Shown in pieces: positions 8,601 through 17,014 of a DNA stretch of 46,722 bases. A model generated the notes under the pieces. The model saw only the letters and a program-made list of their open reading frames with translations, did not search any database and was not told the DNA's origin. The stretch spans positions 1 to 46,722 of the forward strand of contig CAYQYU010000008.1 in NCBI GenBank assembly GCA_964421955.1, written 5' to 3'. This DNA is from an uncultured archaeon. GTDB taxonomy: Archaea > Nanohalarchaeota > Nanosalinia > Nanosalinales > Nanosalinaceae. Made by a program: the position numbers and the translations under genes. Within the stretch, counting starts at the first letter, position 1. Every line of letters begins with the position of its first letter.

Positions 8601-8760
8601 CCGGGGGAGATCTCACGGGCACAACAATACTCCCTTCCCCCCCCCCAGCCCGGGGATCTCCTCCAGTTTACCTTTATATTCACCGGCAGGCCCTCCGCGA
8701 ACACCCGAAACTCCCCTCCCCCCCCCAACTGCGGAGGCTCGCCATTTTCACCTTATTTCT
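8601..8760 (+). ncRNA. Two tandem stem-loops with near-identical C-rich loops downstream of ftsZ (putative 3' UTR or sRNA element)
   Basis: Stems 8603-8664 and ~8685-8743 enclose ACTCCC(T/C)T followed by C10/C9 and A; each is followed by a similar TTT(C)ACCTT(T)AT tail. Confidence 0.55.
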
Positions 8761-8805
8761 TCCCATCAGGGAAAAACGTTTAATTCTGGTTGACAATCTG
8801 CAAAT

Positions 8806-9318
8806 GTGGCCAAGAAACAGTTCTACCTTAGAATATCCGCGGCACTTCTGCTTTCACTCTCAGCCGCAACAGTGCTATCCACCTCAGCCGAGTACGCGGG
8901 AGTAATCGCGGGAGCATCGGCTATATCCAGCCTGCTCTTGATGCGGTCTGCAGAGAGAACCTCCCGTATGGAAGGCCGCACAGACAGGATGAAGGTAGCG
9001 CTCACAAGTTCGACGGTTCTGTACGAACTTATCCTGCTGCTGGGCGCGGTATCTCTAGCGGTAGTTCCGAAGTACGCCGTCGCAATCGTTTTCGCAGCGG
9101 TCGCATTCACTGAAATCCTGCAGCTCGAGACCGAGCAGAAGCTCAGGACCGCTTTCACACCGGATATAGGCAGGGAGGGTCGAATAGTTGTGCTCGGTGC
9201 ATCGCTCGTGGCCTACAGCTTTAACACCTGGTTCCTGTTCTACGGCATCCTGTTCCTGGCGCTACTGGCGATCTACGACTCGCTCAGGCTGATCCACCAT
9301 ATAAACGACGAGATCTAG
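8806..9318 (+). CDS. Membrane protein, possibly a degenerate CDP-alcohol phosphatidyltransferase homolog
   Basis: About 6 hydrophobic segments; IGREGRIVVL resembles the G..GRxER loop of archaeal CDP-alcohol phosphotransferases; catalytic Asp motif absent. Confidence 0.55.
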   Translation: MAKKQFYLRISAALLLSLSAATVLSTSAEYAGVIAGASAISSLLLMRSAERTSRMEGRTDRMKVALTSSTVLYELILLLGAVSLAVVPKYAVAIVFAAVAFTEILQLETEQKLRTAFTPDIGREGRIVVLGASLVAYSFNTWFLFYGILFLALLAIYDSLRLIHHINDEI

Positions 9319-9516
9319 TCATCGAACTGGTAGCTCATCGAGCAACCTACATCGAACGTGTTTGGATCAACCTCGTTCTCGGTAGGAAGATAACTGGAAT
9401 ACGAGATCTCCAGACAAATATTGTGCTCCCCAGAGTCTTCAAAGTCAGGAAATACACTTACTAGAAGTATAGCTGTTTCCTCAAGTATTTAATTCTTGGT
9501 CGCCCCGGCTATTTTT

Positions 9517-10020
9517 ATGAAGGCTCCAATCTGTAACGTATGTCTCAAGAGCGACCAGCTGTGCTCAGCTTGCCAGGAGAAGCTCGATGAAGGCGAAATA
9601 GACGAGATCGACATCAAAATCTCCCGGATACTCCAGGAACTATCGAACGAGTATGGCTCTCTCAAGGACTCAGAGATAGAGAGAGTCTTCGACACCGAGA
9701 ACGTCGTCGTTATAGTTACCGCGGAAGGAGACGGCGCAAAAGTAGTGGGTAGACAGGGAGAGATAGTGAAGGAGCTTGCAAACCAGATCGATAAATCGAT
9801 TCGCGTGGTGGAACACGCATCGGACGACCTGGAAGTCATCAAGGGTTTACTCTCACCTGCGGAGGTGCAGTCGGTCAACACGGTTTTCGAGCCCGACGGA
9901 GAGTACAAGAAGATAGTAGTCGACGAGGACTACGAGGGCAAGATCAATCTGTCGCAGGAGGAGTTCGAGCACATCGTCGACAAGGTCACAGGAACCGATT
10001 ACAGGCTGGCGTTCGAGTAG
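9517..10020 (+). CDS. Archaeal NusA-like KH-domain protein with N-terminal Zn finger
   Basis: MKAPICNVCLKSDQLCSAC plus KH motif VVGRQGEIVKELA; start refined to ATG 9517. Confidence 0.85.
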   Translation: MKAPICNVCLKSDQLCSACQEKLDEGEIDEIDIKISRILQELSNEYGSLKDSEIERVFDTENVVVIVTAEGDGAKVVGRQGEIVKELANQIDKSIRVVEHASDDLEVIKGLLSPAEVQSVNTVFEPDGEYKKIVVDEDYEGKINLSQEEFEHIVDKVTGTDYRLAFE

Positions 10021-10062
10021 AAAATCCAAACTTCTATAACGTATAACAGGACAGCTGTAACT

Positions 10063-11853
10063 ATGCCAACGGAAAAATCGAAGCGCTACATCGTCGTGAT
10101 TGACCAGGACAAGATAGAGCCAGATCTTGCCCAGGAAACTGTAATCAACTTCGACCCGCTGAATCGATCAGGTCAGGAAGGCGGCTTCTACCTCACCGAG
10201 GAAGGTGAGCTGCATATTGATGAGGAAGACGTGATGGAGGCCCACCGGATGGCGATCAAGAAGTACCCCTACGAGGATGCGATAAAGCTCGTGCAGCTGC
10301 CGTACGAGGAAGGCGAAAAAGTACACCAGTTCTCCGACAACTCGTTCAGACTGTACGGTCTACCGGTCCCGGAAGAGGGCCGCGTCGTCGGAGTGCTCGG
10401 GGAGAACGGAACCGGAAAGTCAACCGCGCTAGAAATACTCGCGGGCAAAATCAAGCCGAACCTGGGCCGGTACGATGACGAACCTGAATGGGACGAACTC
10501 GTGAAATACTACAGGGGAACTGGACTCCAGAACCATTTCGAGAAGCTTTCATCGGACAACGTCGAAGCAGCCTTCAAGCCGCAGAAGGTCGAGGTGATTC
10601 CCGAGGTCTACAAAGGTGAAGTCGGAGGACTGCTTGAAGACGCCAGAGAACGTTCAGATATCGAAGAGATTTCCGAAAAACTGGATATCGACCACCTGCT
10701 TGACCGCAAACTGGAAGAACTCTCAGGCGGAGAGTTACAGCGCGTGGCGATCGCATCAACTCTGTTGAAGGATCGAGACATCTACATGATCGACGAACCA
10801 TCCTCTTTCCTCGACGTGAAGCAGCGGTTAAATGTTGCGCGAGAGATCAGGAAGCTCGCGGAAGACGATCGCGCAGTGATTGTCGTAGAACACGATCTCG
10901 CTACGCTTGACCTGGTATCTGACACGGTACACATCTTTTACGGCGATCCCGGGAGTTACGGAATGGTATCGAACTCGTTCTCCTCAAAGAACGGTATCAA
11001 CCAGTATCTCGACGGCCATCTTCCCTCCCATAATTTACGCATACGGGACGAGTCAATCAAGTTCGACCGTTCGAAAAGATCACAGGTCGAGCACAACGCA
11101 ACAGTCCTGAAGTTTCCAGAGTTCAGGAAGGATTTCGGGGAGGACGAGTTCTCGCTAAAGACAGCAGAGGGAGACCTCCACGAAGAAGAGATACTTGCAA
11201 TTTTCGGAGAGAATGGTCTCGGAAAGACCGTGTTCGCAAAGATGCTGGCCGGCGCCATAGAACCTGATGAAGGAGAATCACCCGACTTATCAATCTCCTA
11301 CAAGCCGCAGTACATCGAGGCCGGGGACGAAACAGTGGAAGAGGCGCTGAGAAAACACGTAAATCCTGATTCGCAGGAGTTCAGAACACGCATAGCCGAG
11401 CCCCTGAAACTTACCGGTCTGTATGAGCACAATCTAGAGGAGCTTTCAGGAGGGGAGCTGCAGCGAGTCGCAGTCGCAATTTCCCTTGCAAGGGACGCGG
11501 AAATCTACCTTCTCGACGAGCCAAGCGCATACCTGGATGTCGAGGGAAGAGTCAGTCTCGCGAGGACACTCAAGCGCTTCGCCCGCAAAACAGAAAGGCC
11601 TCTAATGGTGATCGATCACGACCTGCTGATGCTTGACTATATTGCTGATAGAGGAACAGTTTTCAGGGGTGAGCCCGGCGTTCAGGGCGAAAGCACGGAG
11701 CCCTCAAGAATCTCGGAGTCACTTAACAACTTCCTGAAAGAAGTTGATCTGACCTACAGGAAGGACCCGGAAACTGGGAGGCCGCGAGCCAACAAACCAG
11801 GATCACAGAAAGACCAGGAGCAGCGGAAGAAAGGCGAGTTCTATGAGCAGTGA
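10063..11853 (+). CDS. rli: Ribosome recycling ATPase ABCE1/Rli1, cysteine-free variant
   Basis: FRLYGLPVP, two NBDs (GENGTGKS, GENGLGKT), two LSGGELQRVA, DEPS, C-terminal YRKDPETGRPRANKPGSQKD. Confidence 0.96.
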   Translation: MPTEKSKRYIVVIDQDKIEPDLAQETVINFDPLNRSGQEGGFYLTEEGELHIDEEDVMEAHRMAIKKYPYEDAIKLVQLPYEEGEKVHQFSDNSFRLYGLPVPEEGRVVGVLGENGTGKSTALEILAGKIKPNLGRYDDEPEWDELVKYYRGTGLQNHFEKLSSDNVEAAFKPQKVEVIPEVYKGEVGGLLEDARERSDIEEISEKLDIDHLLDRKLEELSGGELQRVAIASTLLKDRDIYMIDEPSSFLDVKQRLNVAREIRKLAEDDRAVIVVEHDLATLDLVSDTVHIFYGDPGSYGMVSNSFSSKNGINQYLDGHLPSHNLRIRDESIKFDRSKRSQVEHNATVLKFPEFRKDFGEDEFSLKTAEGDLHEEEILAIFGENGLGKTVFAKMLAGAIEPDEGESPDLSISYKPQYIEAGDETVEEALRKHVNPDSQEFRTRIAEPLKLTGLYEHNLEELSGGELQRVAVAISLARDAEIYLLDEPSAYLDVEGRVSLARTLKRFARKTERPLMVIDHDLLMLDYIADRGTVFRGEPGVQGESTEPSRISESLNNFLKEVDLTYRKDPETGRPRANKPGSQKDQEQRKKGEFYEQ

Positions 11854-12106
11854 AAGGCTCTCAAAGGATGACATCGACTTTTCCCGGGGAGACGAAGACG
11901 TGGCGTTTGTCCATACAGATATCGACATGGAGTCGATAAGCGAGGAAGAAAACCCTCGCCAGGAACTCCTGGAAGAGATGGAAAATAGAGGTCTTGAATT
12001 CGAGAACGCGCGTGTAATCGGAATTTTCAGGGACGAGTTCTCGCTTCTATTGCAGGAAGATGCCAGGATAGTTCTCGACGGAGAACAGGTGTGGCCAGAA
12101 GAATGA
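11843..12106 (+). CDS. Hypothetical acidic protein
   Basis: 87 aa; overlaps the ABCE1 stop and the next start, suggesting coupling. Confidence 0.7.
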   Translation: MSSERLSKDDIDFSRGDEDVAFVHTDIDMESISEEENPRQELLEEMENRGLEFENARVIGIFRDEFSLLLQEDARIVLDGEQVWPEE

Positions 12107-12504
12107 ATGGGATACCGGTTGCGAAAGTCCTGGTCAGGAACGATAGCGGAGAGTTTCTGGTCGTGAGAGAACGAGAATCAGGCAAGTGGGAGCTACCGGG
12201 CGGGATAACCAAGGACGGCGAAAACCGATTCGCGGCGGCCGAACGCGAATTAAAGGAGGAGACTGGACTCGAAATCAGTAGCTTTGAAGATGTTGTCCGC
12301 GTGGAAATAGAGGATGAGGAAAAAGTTAACTGCCATATAGTTTTTGCGGAGACAGAGAAGACAGGAATCAAACTTTACGAAGAAGAGCTATCCGACTATC
12401 GCTGGGTTACGCCGGAAGAGTTCAGGCAGATGGAATGGCACGCCGATGCGGGTTACGGAGTTCCCGCGATGGTCTTCCTGGAAGACTATCTTAACCAGAA
12501 CTAG
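12103..12504 (+). CDS. Nudix hydrolase
   Basis: WELPGG...AAERELKEETGL Nudix box; ATG 12103 overlaps the upstream TGA. Confidence 0.92.
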   Translation: MNGIPVAKVLVRNDSGEFLVVRERESGKWELPGGITKDGENRFAAAERELKEETGLEISSFEDVVRVEIEDEEKVNCHIVFAETEKTGIKLYEEELSDYRWVTPEEFRQMEWHADAGYGVPAMVFLEDYLNQN

Positions 12505-12713
12505 TCTCCGCTGTCTCCCTCGATAAGCCCATACATCCCGGATATAACGAAAATAGCCATGCTAAACCCGAGTATACTCAGGACGAAGTTTGCAAGTGCC
12601 CGGTCACGTATCCAGGTTCCTGACAGGGATTCTGAAAGTAAAGGCATCATGAAGTATGTCATCGAGCCGAATATAGCCACGACCAGGAATCCTGTCAGTA
12701 GCCGGGGAGCCAT
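12501..12713 (-). CDS. Small two-TM membrane protein
   Basis: GAGGTGA SD before ATG 12713; two hydrophobic helices. Confidence 0.7.
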   Translation of the reverse strand: MAPRLLTGFLVVAIFGSMTYFMMPLLSESLSGTWIRDRALANFVLSILGFSMAIFVISGMYGLIEGDSGD

Positions 12714-12721
12714 TCTCACCT

Positions 12722-13444
12722 CTAATCCCCCAGCACAAACTCCAGTCTCTCCGTGTCCGCGCCTTTACTGACGCGGTTGACAATCTCTACCTCTCCAATC
12801 TCGCCGATATTGTCGACATGTGTGCCTCCACAGGGGCAGATATCCTCGCCGCCGATAATCACCGCCCGCAGCGGATCAATCCCATCAGGTATCAGCTCAA
12901 GGTTGGATCGGCCCTCCTCCACCTCTGATTCGAGTCGGTCGCGGTCCATCATCTTCTTCTCGACATCGAGCTCCTTCTGTATAAGAGCGTTCACCGCCTT
13001 CTCTATTCTCTCAATATCGTCATCCTCGAACTCGACAGGCCTGAAGTCGATGCGGGAACGATCCCCATGTATCTGGTTTCCCGCGGTCGCGGCACCGTAC
13101 TGTTCCAGGACATACCATGATATGACGTGCTGTGCAGTGTGCATTCTCATGTGCCTGTATCGGCGCTCCCAGTCAATCTCGCCATGAACCTGCTGTCCAG
13201 ATTCCGGGAACTCGTCGCCATCTACAAAGTGTCGGACCTCGCCGTGACTCTTCTGGACATCAGTAACCTCCAGAATGTTCCCATCCCAGGAGATTTCTCC
13301 GCGGTCGGCAGGCTGTCCACCACCCTCAGGATAGAACATTGTTTCTTCAAGAACGATATAGCCATCGGCCTCTCGCGTCTTTGAAACTTCAGCTTCGAAC
13401 TCTTTCTCATAATCCCTATCAGGCAGGTACAGAAGCTCGGTCAT
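12722..13444 (-). CDS. alaXM: Alanyl-tRNA editing protein AlaX-M
   Basis: FYPEGGGQPADRG, HMRMHTAQH, CPCGGTHV; start refined to ATG 13444. Confidence 0.95.
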   Translation of the reverse strand: MTELLYLPDRDYEKEFEAEVSKTREADGYIVLEETMFYPEGGGQPADRGEISWDGNILEVTDVQKSHGEVRHFVDGDEFPESGQQVHGEIDWERRYRHMRMHTAQHVISWYVLEQYGAATAGNQIHGDRSRIDFRPVEFEDDDIERIEKAVNALIQKELDVEKKMMDRDRLESEVEEGRSNLELIPDGIDPLRAVIIGGEDICPCGGTHVDNIGEIGEVEIVNRVSKGADTERLEFVLGD

Positions 13445-13536
13445 GTACAAGGAGTGGAGCCGGATAATTAAGTTGGTTTGGGGAGGAGAAAAATAGGAAG
13501 AGAAAAAAATTGAAAAATCCATTTCCGGAGGAGGTT

Positions 13537-13731
13537 TTAAACCACTTCAACATTCACGGCCTTTGGTCCACGGTCGCCTTCTTCCTGCTCGAACTCTACC
13601 TCGTCACCTTCTTCTACAGATTCCCCTTCTTCAAGCTCGCTCGAGTGGAAGAATACGTCTTCGTCCATCTCATCTGTCTCGATGAAACCGTAGTTCTTCC
13701 TGTCATGGAAGAACTTGACTGTACCTTTCAT
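13537..13731 (-). CDS. csp: Cold-shock protein
   Basis: MKGTVKFF...YGFI...DVFFH...GPKAVNV; strong AGGAGGTG SD. Confidence 0.97.
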   Translation of the reverse strand: MKGTVKFFHDRKNYGFIETDEMDEDVFFHSSELEEGESVEEGDEVEFEQEEGDRGPKAVNVEVV

Positions 13732-13794
13732 AGAATAAATACACCTCCTTTGAAGTGAGAACAGATTCTGTTTCCAGCTTTTTAAACTAGTGTA

Positions 13795-14367
13795 TCATCC
13801 CGGCAACACATAGTTGAGTGCCGCAACCACGAGGCCAGCCAGACCCATTCTGGAGCCTGCGTAGTACCACTTCTGTTTCGATATCGAACCCATGTAGGCG
13901 CCGAAGGAGAACAATAGTAGAACACCTATAGCTATAGACGCCAGAGTGGCCTCAAGCATTCCGAGTACCCGGGGCTCGAAAAGAAAAGGTATAACAGGCA
14001 GCATTATCCCTATAATCGGTCCGAAACCGCTCATGGCAGCGTTTATAACCCTTCCCTGCATCTTTCGCTCGTGCAGCTCCGAGCCTTCAAGGTCCCGGAG
14101 CATTGCCTTTTCCTCCTCGTGAAGTTCCGCAAGTTTCTCTGCCCGCTCTATCTCCCAGACACTCCATACTCCCGAGGTTGCGAGCCCTATTGCCGCACCG
14201 AGCCCGACCTGGAAAACAATTATTCCGGAGGATACTCCCGATAGAAAGGAACCCACTGCTATGCCGATGGAAGTAAGAGTTCCATCGAAACCGTTGGATA
14301 TAAAGTAGCGACGGGAGATTGAGCGTACCTCCTCCCTCTTCCAGGCTTCCCTGAGATTCAGATTCAT
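13795..14367 (-). CDS. VIT1/CCC1-family membrane protein
   Basis: RRYFISNGFDG, SGVWSVWEIERAE, five TM segments; paired with DUF211. Confidence 0.88.
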   Translation of the reverse strand: MNLNLREAWKREEVRSISRRYFISNGFDGTLTSIGIAVGSFLSGVSSGIIVFQVGLGAAIGLATSGVWSVWEIERAEKLAELHEEEKAMLRDLEGSELHERKMQGRVINAAMSGFGPIIGIMLPVIPFLFEPRVLGMLEATLASIAIGVLLLFSFGAYMGSISKQKWYYAGSRMGLAGLVVAALNYVLPG

Positions 14368-14373
14368 GAGGTT

Positions 14374-14658
14374 TCAGTCCTGTGGAGTGTTTACCTTGTT
14401 GACAAGCCTTTCGCCCGCGGCGACCTCGTCAACGGAGTGTATCGAGGCGCCTGAATCCTCTATAAGTGATCTTACCTGGTCTTCTTTAACTAGTCCTTCC
14501 ATGGTTATCTTGACATTCTTGACTTCTTCGTCTACTTCCAGCAGCGAAGAGTTAACACCTTCTACTCCATCAAGCTCCGCCAGTTCCTCTGTGAGGCGGA
14601 CTATGGATGGTTCGTGGGGCTTGAGCACATCGATCACGAGACGTCTGATACTGGCCAT
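14374..14658 (-). CDS. DUF211 domain protein
   Basis: IRRLVIDVLKPHEP...GASIHSVDEVAAG. Confidence 0.9.
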   Translation of the reverse strand: MASIRRLVIDVLKPHEPSIVRLTEELAELDGVEGVNSSLLEVDEEVKNVKITMEGLVKEDQVRSLIEDSGASIHSVDEVAAGERLVNKVNTPQD

Positions 14659-14726
14659 AACCACGTTTTGCGAACGCAGGTTTAAAGCTGGTTGGTTTTA
14701 AGAAGTTTGTCACCGAGACTCTGGGT

Positions 14727-14918
14727 ATGGGTAGAGTAAGACAGACCTACATCAAGCGCCTGGCAAAGGATCTCGTAGACGCGGATCCCGACAGGTTTAG
14801 CGAGGACTTTGACGAGAACAAGGAAGAACTCAAGGAGACAGAAGAGTTTGAGTCGAAGAAGTTGAGAAACAGGGTCGCGGGCTACATCGTCAGAGTGAAA
14901 AAGAATAGAGAACTGTAG
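14727..14918 (+). CDS. rps17e: 30S ribosomal protein S17e
   Basis: MGRVRQTYIKR...FSEDFDENK...SKKLRNRVAGYI. Confidence 0.97.
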   Translation: MGRVRQTYIKRLAKDLVDADPDRFSEDFDENKEELKETEEFESKKLRNRVAGYIVRVKKNREL

Positions 14919-16962
14919 CAGCGACCACAATTATCACGAGATGGAGGAATCCTATTCCCGGGACAACGTTTCTTGTCGAGATCGCCGTGTCTTTTCTCAC
15001 GTACACTGGTACACTTTTTGTAGTCGATAGCCCGAGTTCGGTGTTCGTCGTGGTTATGTTGAGTTCCTCATCTCCCGTCGTATCCGGGTTGATACGCGCC
15101 TGGAACCTCCTGGAAGACTGTGCATCGAGACTGTAGGTTATCCAGAACCTGTCGTTTTCCAGGAAAGTGGCATTTATTCCCTGGAGAGAGGTGTTCAGAT
15201 CTTTCGGGGTTCCAATGCTGTTCCTGACCTCAAAGACAAACTGGCTGGAATCACCTAGAGTGGCTATTATGCTGGAATACCGGTTTTCTACATTCACTGT
15301 AGGCCTGAAATCGGGCGATGTCAGCTTCTTGAAGTCAAAATCGGACGAAGTGAAGTTCTCCGTGCCGTCAGAGACATTCACGTACCAGGTGTAATCGTTG
15401 CTGACCACCGGTTTCGACCATAAAACCTCGGCCATACCTCCACCGAAAGAGGTGTCCTTGCCGATCAGCATGTCATCGCTATCGTTGTAGAAATATACAT
15501 TAAGAGCTGTAGTCTCCTTGTCGGTCGCCCATATCCTGAGAGGTACAGGATCATCACCTGAAAAGCCGCCGTCCTGTGGATCGCTGTCGGTTATAGTGGG
15601 AAGAGCGTTTACAAAGAAGCTAGCGTTATCGGTGCTCTTCGATGTCTCCCAGGAATCGGCGACTTCGACATGCCACCACTTGTGATCACCGCCGCCGAGA
15701 TCGGCGCTGCTCCATGTGCCCTCAACGGTACCTCCACCTGTCACCGTGGCGCTATCAATTGAGGTTCCGGTCTTGTTGTCGTAGAAAGTTACTGTAAGAG
15801 TGTCGCCGGAGTTGGGATCAGAGACATCCGCCCGCAGTACAGTATCGTTGCCCTTCAAAGTTGTACCGTCAGGCCTTATAAGACTGTCTACCTGGGGCGG
15901 CTGGTTCTTGATAACCGTCCACGTACTACTTGAGGATGAAGTTGCACCCTTAGAATCCTCGGCTACCGCATACCAGTCATTATCTCCATGGCTTATGCTC
16001 CAAGAAACACCGCTGGAACACTTGTTCCCATCTGAGGCGGAACAGGAGCCAATAAGGCTTCCCGAGCTGTCATAGAAGCGGATTGTACCTGAGTCCCCAT
16101 CAGGATCGTTGAACTCCGCGTTCAGAGTCACCGGAGAGGAAGTTACTGTGGTGCCGTCGGACGGCTCGGGATTAGTAGGCGCTGAAGGAGCGCTGTTACA
16201 TGTGCTGGCGGTGTCAGAGTAGAATGTTCCACTTTCGTGTCCGCTTAAATCATAGCTTCCTGAATTAGATATACTGCAAGCAATAATCTTGAATCTTCCT
16301 CCACCGCCTTCTCCTCCATCACCTCCTGCACCTCCGAATCCGCCGCCTCCACCGGTGGCTTCGACATAACCGGCGAAAGCTACGCTATCCCCTGTGAGGA
16401 GGACGCCGCCACCGCTTCCTCCTCCACCTCCTGTATCTCCTATACCACTTCCTCCGCTTATTCCATTTCCTCCGTTGACGTATATGTCTCCGGTAACATC
16501 GATATTAGATGCATTTACTTTCAGGGCTGCGCCTCCTCTACCCGGATCACCGTCGTTATTGTTCACACATGAGTCGCCACCGTCCTTCCCCGGCTGACCC
16601 TGAAGAATCTGGTTGGATGTCTTCGAGCCCCGGGCTGGCAGCCCCGGGGGATGAGCCGGGCCTCCAGCTCCTCCGTAGCCTCCACCGTCCCCATCTCCCA
16701 TTCCAGGGCTACTCGTGCATCTGTCGCTACTCTCTGCATTTCCCTGAACCTGGGATGAGAGCAAGAAATAGTTAGCCTTGATCTCTACTTTTCCCTCTAT
16801 ATACAGTGTTCCCCCATTCTTGATTTCAACATCGTCGTAGGTGTAAGAGCCATCTGTAAGCGTCTGGGATCCTCCATTTACAATGAGGTCTGCAGCTGTT
16901 GAAAGACCTGATATAAGTAGTATCGATATCAGTAGCAGGCAGAGCTTATTGTAGGTATCCAT
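14890..16962 (-). CDS. Secreted cell-surface glycoprotein with Gly-rich domain, Ig-like repeats and C-terminal VPG + TM anchor
   Basis: Signal peptide; GGGGGSGG-type stretches; three P.DG...W.V...D repeats; N-x-S/T sequons; C-terminal VPGIGFLHLVIIVVAATVLY. Confidence 0.85.
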   Translation of the reverse strand: MDTYNKLCLLLISILLISGLSTAADLIVNGGSQTLTDGSYTYDDVEIKNGGTLYIEGKVEIKANYFLLSSQVQGNAESSDRCTSSPGMGDGDGGGYGGAGGPAHPPGLPARGSKTSNQILQGQPGKDGGDSCVNNNDGDPGRGGAALKVNASNIDVTGDIYVNGGNGISGGSGIGDTGGGGGSGGGVLLTGDSVAFAGYVEATGGGGGFGGAGGDGGEGGGGRFKIIACSISNSGSYDLSGHESGTFYSDTASTCNSAPSAPTNPEPSDGTTVTSSPVTLNAEFNDPDGDSGTIRFYDSSGSLIGSCSASDGNKCSSGVSWSISHGDNDWYAVAEDSKGATSSSSSTWTVIKNQPPQVDSLIRPDGTTLKGNDTVLRADVSDPNSGDTLTVTFYDNKTGTSIDSATVTGGGTVEGTWSSADLGGGDHKWWHVEVADSWETSKSTDNASFFVNALPTITDSDPQDGGFSGDDPVPLRIWATDKETTALNVYFYNDSDDMLIGKDTSFGGGMAEVLWSKPVVSNDYTWYVNVSDGTENFTSSDFDFKKLTSPDFRPTVNVENRYSSIIATLGDSSQFVFEVRNSIGTPKDLNTSLQGINATFLENDRFWITYSLDAQSSRRFQARINPDTTGDEELNITTTNTELGLSTTKSVPVYVRKDTAISTRNVVPGIGFLHLVIIVVAATVLYSFSL

Positions 16963-17014
16963 TCGAGTTCACAGGTCTAAAGCCTATTTCTTGAGGCTGG
17001 AATTTAATCCTTTC

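Noticed and set aside
8601-8760. Replication origin with ORB G-strings
   Set aside because: No clear ORB core inverted repeat, no extended AT-rich unwinding element and no adjacent orc1/cdc6.
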